Below are positions 38,668-50,600 of a DNA stretch of 64,000 nt, piece after piece. This DNA comes from Lytechinus pictus (Eukaryota). Numbering within the stretch: the first letter of the stretch is position 1; every line of letters starts with the position of its first letter. The stretch spans positions 3,038,001 to 3,102,000 of the forward strand of contig NC_087246.1 of NCBI RefSeq assembly GCF_037042905.1. The letters are read 5' to 3'. The notes under the pieces were generated by a model that saw only the letters and a program-made list of their open reading frames with translations, had not been told where the DNA came from and ran no database searches. A program made the position numbers and the translations under genes.

Positions 38668-41600
38668 GTAAGGCAGCGGCAGATCCATGGTTTCTGGAAC
38701 ACTGTCATAACTTTTGTCATAAATTTTGTAATTTCTCTCCGAGATACGACACTGCTATGATTGTCACAAATCGGTATTCTGAACATTGGGTCTTTTCCTT
38801 GTCATATCTCTCCAAGTTCCCGCCCATCTTTTCGGAAGCAATTGTGAAAGAAAGTTAGAATAAAACTTTAAAAGGATGAAAGAAAGAAAAAAGGTTTCCG
38901 TCATTCTTTGAAATGAAAAAAGAATGGAGGGGCCGGAAGATGAATGTGTAGAAGAAAAAATAAAGGAGAGTTAATGGAAGGAGAAAAAGAAGAAAAGGGA
39001 GAGGAATGGAGAAGGAAGGAAATAAAAAGAGGAAGTAAGAGAATAAAGAAGGATAAATGAATAGAGAGAAAGAATCTGGAAAGAAAGCTAGGAAAGATTG
39101 GATATAAAGATAAATCTTAAATGGAACAAAAAAGAAAAATGAAAGAAAGGGGATAAACCAAACTTCAAGCAAAAAAAATATATAGTCTAGCAAAAATCTT
39201 GATATTTGGTTTTTTTTAAATATATTTCAAAAATTGTTAGAAAACTAAGATGTCTTAGAAATGAAAAAAATTTTAAAGTAAGACATTGTCAAACTTAAAA
39301 ATTAGGTGAAAAATCACGGCATCACACACAGGCATCTCTCATCCCATTACAAGATCACAACAAGACTCAAAACGACCCACGAAAGCTGAAACAACTAGAT
39401 CTAGTTATGAAAACTCAATAACTTACTCATCCGATTACATCACCCAATCAGTCATTGAGAATCCATGATACAGACACTAATTATAAAGATTTCCCGTCGA
39501 TTTTGTGATTATTCGGTGGAAAAATTTTTTATCGTGCAAGATTGTTTTCACCATTGAATCTGCTCTGATCCTACATGCCTAGCTAGTACTAGTAGCTAGC
39601 CTCTTGTCGAGGCCCTGGCGGTTGCTTCCCAAGTGAAGCAAAGGATTTTCTAATTCGCAAAGTGAATTAGGCCTGGCGAGCGCAGTTTTTTTACTTTTCT
39701 ACTTTCCTTCTGAACGATCTAGCCCTAAATCATGTAAATGGGATACAACTTCATTTCTGACATTTCTATGACGGGGGAAACTTGCTTGATGTTTACGCCT
39801 TGTTTCTTATTGTTCTTCGCTAACGTTACCGACACATCGAGGATATTATATTATATTGTATATTATATTATGGTTAGGAGTATGAGAAGGGCTAGGGTAG
39901 CTTCTGTACATATATCTGTGTTAGGATCATTGCAACCAATAACTCCTTTTTGCTACCAAAATCAGGGTGACCAGACGTCCCATATTTCCTGGGATCGTCC
40001 AGGCGTCCCGACAAACCCATCCGGGGACGCCTATTTGTCCCATATTTCAGAATATCGAACAAAATATACATATAAAAGTGACGAATTTTCATCAAATAAC
40101 CAACAGATGACGAAGCAGCGACAACAATAAAATTGACAATTGTAAACTTTTGCGAGTTCTGCGGTGATTTTCTTGCTAACCCAATACATTGAACTGGCCT
40201 CCTGCCTGTGTGTGGCAGGCTAACGTCGGATCGGAGCAGATTCTCAATGGTGCAAACAATGTCACATGATAACCAGTTTTTCCACCAAAATAATCACAAA
40301 ATCAGCGGAAAATTTTTATAATTATATTATGGATTATCAGATTACTGATTTAGGAGATATAATCGGAGGAACAAGTAATTGAGTTTTCATATAGATCTAG
40401 TTGTTTCAGCTTTCGTTTTGAGTCTTGTTGTGATCGATGCGAACTTGAAATAGGATGGGAGAGATGCCTGTGCATGATGCCTAGATGTTTCATCTCATTT
40501 TTAAGTTTGACAATGTTTCACTTTGATATTTTATTCATTTCTAAAACATTTTGGTTTTTTAAAATTTTAAATATATATTAAAAAACACCAAATATCATGA
40601 TTTTTGTCTCACCTGCATAGCAGAGTGAGACAAAGGCACCGCTTTTCCGACGGCGGCGGCGGCGTCAACACCAAATCTTAACCGAAGGTTAAGTTTTTGA
40701 AATGACAGCATAACTTAGAAAATGTATGGACCTAGTTCATGAAACTTGGACATAAGGTTAATCAAGTATTACTGAACATCCTGCATGAGTTTCACGTCAC
40801 ATGACCAAGGTCAAAGGTCATTTAGGGTCAATGAACTTTGGCCAAATTGGGGGTATCTGTTGAATTACCATCATAACTTTGAAAGTTTATGGATCTGATT
40901 CATGAAACTTAGACATAATAGTAATCAAGTATCACTGAACATCTCATGTGAGTTTCAGGTCACATGACCAAAGTCAAAGGTCATTTAAGGTCATTGTACT
41001 TTGGCCATTTTAGAGGTAATTATTAGATTGCTGTCATAACTTTCAAAGTTTATAGATATAGTGTATAAAATGTGGATATAGGGGTAATCAAGTATCACTG
41101 ACAAGTTTAAGGTCACATGATCAAGGTCAAATGTCAATGAACGTAGTATTGTATCATTATATGAATGTTGTTTTTTGTGAATAATTATTTTATAGTAGTT
41201 TTCAAAGACAGCACTGCTGCTATATTGAATCGTGTGATGCAGGTGAGACCGCCAGAGGCATTCCACTTGTTTTCTTTCCTTCTTTCTCTTACTTTCCTTC
41301 TTCTTTAGATTTATTTTTGTTTCCTTCATTCTTTCTTTTCTTTGCTTCCTTCTCCCTTCCTCCACTTTTTCTTTTACGTTCTTTCTCTCCTTCCATTTTT
41401 TTTTTTTTTAAAATTCTCTCCTCCCTTCATTCTTTCTCCCTTCCTGTTTTTATTCTTTCTTTGTTTCTTTCAAAGAATGAAGGAAACATTTTTCTTTCCT
41501 TCATTCTTTCTTTCCTCTACCTTTTTTTTCTTTTTCCTTTCTCTGCTTTATTTTTTCTTTCACATATTCATTCATCTTCCCTTCCTTTCGTTTTCTTTCT

Positions 41601-44600
41601 TTCTATATTCATTTCAAAGAATTTGACGGAAACCTTTTTTCTCTCCTATATTCTGTCTTTCATCCTTTTATTCTAACTTTCTTTTTATTTTATTTTTTTT
41701 CCCTTCGTTTTTCCCTTCATTTTTTTCTTTCTTTCTTCTCAATTCATCTCTATTCTTTCGTCTTTTCTTTCTCTCCTTTATTCTTTCGTACACCCTCTCT
41801 TCCTATTCTTTATATTTTTTCACAAGTCTAACACTGTGTAGCATTCTTTGTTGATTTTTATTTTTATTAAGACCTGGCTCGGTCGATCCGCTCGTGTAGC
41901 GTGCTTTGTCGATTGTCCCGTATTTCATTTTGTGAAATCTGGTCACCCTGACCAAAATACCCTTCCTGCTGCCACTTAAACCATCTACTGAACATAAATA
42001 TTAGCTGCAGATAGCCTTTAACACAGTGGATATTTTTCTCCTGTGGGCATCCGCTGTCCTTCTCCATACATCACATAGAGAAGGGGGTCCTAAACTTGGG
42101 CAGACATTGATGAATGTGTCCGCCACCTAGACCTAGCAGGCTTGCAGCATTGGATATATATGCATTTTTTTATGGTTGGAGGGGAAGGGCTGTAGATGTT
42201 TGAATAGTTACTTTAAGATCGAGTGGGGTTGATTTGTTACACTAATAAAAGTTGCAACCAATAGCATGAGTCTAGGGGTTGGGTAGGGTCCAGAAACCAA
42301 TAAAGGAAGGTGTTAGACAGGATAATTACATAATAAGCAATGATTTGATTGGCCAGGATGTGTCAGGGTTCTCTCAGGCCGGTCAGTGGAGACTATTGTC
42401 TACTGCCATCTCAAATGTACAAAATTACAGGGTTCATGTGGCTGATTTTTTTTCTGAAATCATTTTATCTTTTAATATCACGATGTTTGTCAACTAAGTC
42501 ACATAACATAGACAGTAGTGTGTAGAATAAGTTGTTTGCATCAAATGAAGACATGAAGTTCACTAGTTTTTAATGACAAATCCAGATCAAAACATTCGGA
42601 TTGTGTTTAAATCTTTTAGATTTCGTTCTAATATCAAATAATTTACATTAAAATATTAAAATCTCTATCCAGAATTTGGCAGTTCAAAGGTAATTTTTAT
42701 AATAAGCTCCTGACTTTTCTTCAAAATTGGTATATTTGACTTTGTCAAAAAAAAAATTGTCTATATCTTGCTGTTGTGAAATGGAATAAAATCTACATTC
42801 CAATAAAAAAAACACAACTGAAAAATAATAACAGTAAGAAAATGTTTTAAACTAAAGTTTCAAATTTTTACAAAGAATAAATGGCTGAAAAGGGAATCAA
42901 ACAGCCACAATTTTTAATGATGGGTATTAAAGTGAGATAATACTCTCGATATAATTCATGTTGTCCCAATTTACCAAAGTTTCACCAAATCAATGTTCAT
43001 TATCATCCGCAAATTATAAGATTATATTTCAGTTTTCATTGGAGAATATGCTAAGCGGGAACTTTTTCACTGAGATGTAGACAAACATCCTAATGACAAC
43101 AGACACTGAGAAAAATTGGCCTCTTGAACCATCGGCCTTGTGGACCCATCCCAAACATTCTTATAATCTAGTAATGAATTGAAATAGTCATAGCCACATT
43201 TTGGGGGATTTACCAAAACTAAAGACAAGCTTTAATTCAATGTCATAACTTTTGTATCCAATTTTCATGAAACATTGTTGATTTTCTCTTGTTATTCAAA
43301 TCAACTTTTTGTATTGGCCAGTGGAGTTGCCCTTTAAAATAGGCTTACTAAAAGGTTGAGAATCGTAAGGAAGGACATGTAAATATACAAAGCACAGTTT
43401 GGTCTGACCTTTAGCCTGAGTATGATCTTGATATCCTATTAGTTGGAAAACAAATCTTCTGGAGACGTCTCTTTTTTACTTCAATTTTACAGGGGGTGTG
43501 TATACTGTAAGTTCTGTTGAAGGTTAGTCTTCTGACATAGACTCTATTTCAACACAATTTCTCAGTTCCTAATATCTGATTTGAATCCAGCCCGTCAGAG
43601 CTATCATTCTTTGGCAATATCAACTAAGGAGCAAAATTCAAGTCAGGTTCCTTTTTATTTGAGTATTATAGGGATGTTTTATTTCAATGTTAAGACTTTA
43701 CAAAATCACAATTTATAACAAGCGTTCATTTTCACAGTCTACCCAAGTTTTCAGGTTTCAGGGGGGAGTGAGAGAGAGACGTGGACGTTGAGTAACATTG
43801 ATTGCCCTGTTAGTTTCCACGGATAAAGCATCATTCTTTTTCAGTGTATTTTACCTGTTGGAGCTCTCTCATTAATAACATTACTTTTTGAGGACATTGT
43901 AGTTTAAAAAGCAAGCAAACACTGGACATTAATATTTCTTTTCAAGATCAGCTGTAGCAGGTGATGTGTATTGAGAGGTTTCATTTTTTTCTTGTTGTAT
44001 AATCTTTCTCCAGGGTTCCGATTTCTGTTCTTCTGCAATGGACACCGTACCTAACCATTCCCTTCAACCTGCAAAGTAAGTTTACTATACTTTAAGATTC
44101 AAAGAAAATTCAAATTATTTTTTTAATAGCTGTGGCTGGTGACTAGCTGAACTCTGGATTTGGATTTAATCCTTCAAGAATTTGAATGTTTAATATTGAA
44201 ATAATTTCATAAGATTCCATACTTTGTTAAAGTTATAGACTAGTCATTAATCACAGATGATAAAACTTTTCAATGTTGAAATGTGGTTTTTGTTATAATG
44301 AAATAATATGGTTAGAAATTTAAGCCATTTCTATAATAAAGTTAACAACTTCTGCCTATCATTTTACATGCTTTTTAATTTGAGATACATGCAATTAATT
44401 TGCTTTGATTATTTTCAATTAAGAAATAAAGGGATAAAAGTTAATGCTCCTAAAAATATATTCCTACAAATTTAGTTCCATTTCCATTTTCCTCCTAGAT
44501 ATTCTTGAAAGGGGGTTGACCCCTTAATAATATTTTTTAATAATATAGCAAAGAAAGTACAAAGATATGGTCAGAATGAATCTAAAAGATCTTATGCAAT

Positions 44601-47600
44601 ATTAGATTAATATACAAAACATTTAAAATGCTTATTTCAGTGATTTCTCTACAGTTCATGCTCTTAAAAAAAAATCATTTTTAAATTTGCCTATATTTGA
44701 AAGCCTGATGATTTGTTCCTTTGAAATATTACTTTCAAACAGAGAAGAAATATTGGGTCTTTTCATGAAGTTGGGGCATGAATTGTTTCATTTCAGCATT
44801 ATTCAAGACTTACGTTTACCTGGAAATACTGAGCAAAACTGAAAATGATGTTGTACAGGCACATAGTGTCCTTGTAGCATTGCATGGGATCTTTAGATTT
44901 GGTCCTAAAAGTCAAATTATAGCAATTAGGTTGACCAACACTTGATATAATGTGCACATTTACTTGTTAAGTCAGGTAGCTAAATACCTCAGATTTCCTT
45001 TGCATATAGTTCTGTTTTCAAATATTCTATATTCGGTGTCCACCAAATGTGAAATTTTCTATGCTACATAGACACTGACAACTTTAAAATTTTCGATTGA
45101 AAATATGCATATATCTGAGGTAAAACAAATACATGACTTTAACAAGTAAACGTACATATTGTTTCAAGTTTTGATCTGTCTAATTGCAACTATTTGACTT
45201 TTAGGTTGTAATGTAAATATCCTGATGCTACACAGACACCATGTCCAGCGTTATACACTGTTTTGCTAAATACAGGGGTGTGAGAGTTCAGATTTTTTTT
45301 TTTTCAGCTTAATTTCAGCTTATTTTTGGCCTTCTTCTGTACAAAAAGTATGGGAGCTCTTTCTATTTCAGACTTTTTCAACACTCTTCAGCTTTTTTCA
45401 GATCTTTTTATTTGTGACCACTCACACCCCTGTAAATAACTTAATGAAAAATTAAGCTAAATGACCGTAAATAGCCCAAAAGTTCCAGTAAAATGTATGG
45501 TCTCAATACATATGTAAAGCCTACAAATGATAAAATGTATACAGGTAGTATAATTTAGTATTGAGTTATGCTGAAATGTCACAATATGTACCCCAACTTC
45601 ATGGAAAGGCCCATGTACACGTAGCACTTGATTAATTTATTGCAGGTACATGTTGTGATTATGATAGTGACCAAATATTTTTTAATCTTGATTTCCTTTC
45701 TAATTTTGTGTATTGAAATTGTTCTTGATATTGAGATCAATTTCATTTAAATTGGATTAGCTTTAAAGTTATCAAAGATTTTCAGATGTCACTTTTAAAC
45801 TAATAAAAGGCCAAACAGATTTGACTTGTGATTTTAAAGTATCCTAACCTGAAAGGCTCATTATCCCTGGGAAGATTTTTTCTCATTTATGATGAAATCT
45901 GAGCCTTTGAATGTTGTGTTAACACTTAAATAGTTAATTAAAGCCAATTCTGAATGTATCAAATATAATTATTGCTGGTTACCTGAAGGTAGGTCTTTGA
46001 CTTAAAATGTTTTACCCTTGCAATTGCAGCAATCAAACACTTAGATTAAAAAATCTCAGTCTCATTTTTTTTTATAAAGTATACCAACAACTTTTAACCA
46101 TCTCCTATTTGCAAATGTTTTTGTGTTTTTACAGTCCTTTATGAATGGGATATGATAACCTATGTCTGAGATTGCCCTTTAATGTCTTTGTGTTTTTCAG
46201 TCCTTTATGAATGGGATATGATAACTTATGTCTGAGACTGCCCTTTAATGTCTTTGTGTTTTACAGTCCTTTATGAATGGGATATGATAACTTATGTCTG
46301 AGATTGCCCTTTAATGTCTTTGTGTTTTACAGTCCTTTATGAATGGGATATGATAACTTATGTCTGAGACTGCCCTTTAATGTCTTTGTATTTTTACAGT
46401 CCTTTATGAATGGGATATGATAACTTATGTCTGAGACTGCCCTTTAATGTCTTTGTGTTTTTACAGTCCTTTATGAATGGGATATGATAACTTATGTCTG
46501 AGACTGCCCTTTAATGTCTTTGTGTTTTTACAGTCCTTTATGAATGGGATATGATAACTTATGTCTGAGATTGCCCTTTAATGTCTTTGTGTTTTTACAG
46601 TCCTTTATGAATGGGATATGATAACTTATGTCTGAGACTGCCCTTTAATGTCTTTGTGTTTTTACAGTCCTTTTATGAATGGGATATGATAACTTATGTC
46701 TGAGACTGCCCTTTAATGTCTTTGTGTTTTTACAGTCCTTTATGAATGGGATATGATAACTTATGTCTGAGACTGCCTTTAATGTCTTTGTGTTTTTACA
46801 GTCCTTTATGAATGGGATATGATAACTTATGTCTGAGACTGCCCTTTAATGTCAGTGTCCAAAAGAATTGTAAACAACATGCTTTGCCCAGGGGCTTTTA
46901 ATAGTGTAGTTCAAATGACTGCTTCCCTAAAATTTATTTTTAAAATGCAATTTCTGGTAAATCTAGTTTTGAAAATTTGAAGCATTGCATTCTGTACGAC
47001 ATGAGCATTGCAATGATTCATATTGAAATGATGGTTGTTTTGGCCGATTTTAATCCTGGTCTTAATATTTTATGAAAATCTGTTTTTGCGTATGTCAAAC
47101 ATGAAAACATGTTTATATTATATTCTATTGTTGGTTTCAAGGATCTGTATTGAAAGGGGTACTCTTGGCTGGAATCAAATATGTCTAAATAAATAGAGTA
47201 AAATTCACCAAGCAACATGCTGAAAATTTCATCAAATTCTGATAACTTATAACAATATTGAATTATAATTGTTTTTGTTAAGTGTTAGTTTATCTGATTT
47301 TACTTTATTATGTTCAACTCATTATTTTCAGCCTGGAGTACCCCCTTTCAGGGAGAGCCTCAGAGCCATTTGTCTCAACTATATACTCACAATGCTCCTT
47401 TATTCTTTTCTTAATGTAGAGTGAATATCTTCACCATCTTCTGGGCTTATTGGAAGACCATTATTTTGATAGCTACCCCTTTATTATGCCTTCCTCTCAT
47501 CATAGTAATTGGAGATGGGGTAAGTAAAATTATATTCTAATCTCCCTTTTGCACTATCAATCACCCAACAGTGACATTGCAGTGTAGTGGGTTTCATGGT

Positions 47601-50600
47601 ACTCCATGTGTCTTTCATGGGCAATAAAGGAAGGTGTTAGACAGGTCCTGAAAAAGAACACCCAAACTCGACATTTCGCAAGTGTGTTCTTGCCGTCTTC
47701 AGGACAACAAGAAGTGTGTTCAAGTGTGCTCTTGCTGTTCTTGTCGTCTTCAGGATGACAAGAACACGTGTGGAAGCGTTGAGTTTGGGTGCCTTTTTCA
47801 GGACCAACAATTACCCACAAAAGATACATGGAGTACCATGAAGCCCACTAAACTCTTCTTGAAACCTTTAGAACAGGGGTTCTCAATAGGTGGCGCGCGC
47901 GCCACTTGTGGCGCACCGAGCCTTGCGGAGTGGCGCTTGGGAGCCGGTATAAAAAATAAAGGAAAAATAAGGGAGAAAAAATGTATCTACCAGTAACCTG
48001 GCAATAAGGTTTTGGTGATCATTTTAATACAAAGAAAAAACAAAAACTCTTTATTTGACACTTAATTGCTAATTGATTTCCTCAAATTTTGTCCAATTTA
48101 GCACTCGATAACCCCTATTATGGAGGATCGATGGTGTTCTCCTTTTTATTTATTCTACGCTGTACAAAGTTTTTGTGCCGCACAAGTGATTTGAAATCCC
48201 CGTTTGTAGGATTTCTATTTCAACGGCGAGAAATTTTGCATTTCCAGAGTATACGTTTTGGTTAAGAGTTAAACATCAAATGATATGATATTCAAAGAAC
48301 ATCCTGATCATAAAAGATTATGAATTTGGGACATAACAAGCAGAAAATTTGTTTCCGAAGCCGATTAAAATCCGATGTTGTAAAAGTGAAATAAATGTAT
48401 GCTCAGATGCATTGTCTGCCGTGATTGCCTGCATGCACTCTTGCTTAACATGAACTGAATGAATGATACTGCACGTGAGTTATAGAGAGAGGGGGCAGTT
48501 GGGGCGTTAGTGCAGTGCAACGCCTAATTTTCAGCCCTTGCAAAATCGGGGAACGTAGCTTCAACCACTGGCGCACAGATGGGGGTGGCGATTGGGGGGC
48601 CCAAGTGTTTCATGGCCAAGAAAAAAAAGGAGAAAGGGAAAGAAAAGGAAAGGGAAAGAGTGGAATATTGTATTATTTTCTTAATATTATGTCAAAATAT
48701 AGATATTTGCAGGGGCCGCGGAACGGTTTTCAAAGTGGGGGGGGGGGGCTGAGCCACAAGTGGGGGGGCTGACCATGCAAAAAAAATCACAATCCTATGG
48801 TCATTTTTACGTTTTTGTACACGGTTTTGGAAAAAAGTGGGGGGGCTGAAGCCCCCCCCCCCGCTTCCGCGGCCCCTGATTTGTATTGCAAAGTTCAATA
48901 TTTTTGCTTCAGCTGCCATATCTAGCCCCCTCATTTTTTTACTCATTACGCCACTTGCTTCAGCCAATATATCTTGGGCAGAACAGTCTGAACTAGTGGT
49001 ATCATTGGTATGTTGTGAAAAAGTCACTGGTCATTTTTCTTTTAATATTGATATTGTGTAGTTTGTTGGCATTTGTATTTCTTCTGTTGATATTCATTAG
49101 AGCCCCTCTGGGCAATTTAAAAGGCCTCATATTCCAAAACGTCTGGGGGCTCTGCCCCCTCGACCCCCACCAGGGGCCTCTGAACCCCCTCCGCTGATAC
49201 ATTGCTGGTTTGCGCAATGGACAGTGGAGCATTACAGATTCTCAACATGAAATGTGGCGCTTCAAAAAAAGTAATTGAGAATGGCTGCTTTAGAAGTTAC
49301 AGTGAGATTGTTCTTCTGAAGCAAAAACTTTTTATCGTTTAGAATTGAAATTGAAATTGAAATTTATTTCCACAGTTAAAAATATACATACATGCATATA
49401 TACAAATCATTGACATTACGGAGCTATATTTCCTGTGGAGGGGTCAAAGAAAGTACAACTGCTTGTATAAATTGGCCCCATTGTAAATGCTTAAATTCCT
49501 CTATGAACTGTTCAACAGTGACATGTAAAGACCCTCTGATATTAAACTGAATTCATAGATTTGAAACACAACAAAATTAGAAAGTTATTGCATTATGTAA
49601 TGTCAGTCCAGTATATAAAAGGCTACGAAAGCTGGTTTGGGCAATTTGAGAACCCTGGAAATATAGCTTCAACTTTTACCAATATTGAACTTTGTTTTAG
49701 GGGGAGTAGAGTCTCCTCCTTTGAACTGATCACACAACCAATTCTTTGTTCATAACATGTATGTCTTGAAGTAATTTTCACAATTGCACATGTATGATTT
49801 TCAACTTCCTTGTGCCATTGGACCAAAGCCATGTAGAAAAAAAGTATGCTAGCTTTACATAAGGTAAACATAAATTCTTTCAATTCAATTCAATTCAATT
49901 CATTTATTTCACTCGATAAAAATAACATACATACAGGTAAATAAGAAATACATAATGGCAAGAACAAAACAAAATAACAAAAGTGATAATACAGTAAATA
50001 GTGTACAGAGCAGGCTTCGAGTGTGGACTGGCATTAAAGATCTGTTAGATCTTAGAAGTTCCAGCCCAGTAAAGAAAGAAAAAGAAGGGATACAAAATAG
50101 AACATACAAAGACAAAATAATACAAGGGAAAACAAACATTAATAAAGTTAAAATGAAGTGTTTGCCTTTCGAGGAAAATGATAGAAAAAAGGTATTGGAC
50201 TAGCGTATGTGGAGGGTCACAGAAAATCGACAGGTGAAATTAGGGAGAATAAGAGTAGGAGAAAGGCAAACACAGAAATCATAGTCATGTTACAATTACT
50301 TAGTTATCGGATGCGAACGTTGTTAACAGAATTTCTTTGTACTGACGTTGAAAACTATTCAGGGATAAACTATTTTTAAGGGTAGGGGGGAGAGAGTTCC
50401 ATAATTTGGGACCTGAATACATTATAGTTTTTTGGGTAAAAGTAGTACGGACGGAGGGCATGTGAAAATCAAATTGTCTACGAGTTTGGTGAGAGTGGGT
50501 AGCAATATTAAGACAAAAATATCTGCTTAATGATTCAGGAATTATCTTTTTGTGACAAGAATACATAAATGATCCAAGGGATAGTTTATAAAGGTCAAAT

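Noticed and set aside
46114-46853. CRISPR array or tandem ribozyme/snoRNA array
   Set aside because: Units are head-to-tail with no unique spacers, there are no cas genes and the context is eukaryotic. There is no CUGANGA/GAAA hammerhead core and no proper RUGAUGA C box.
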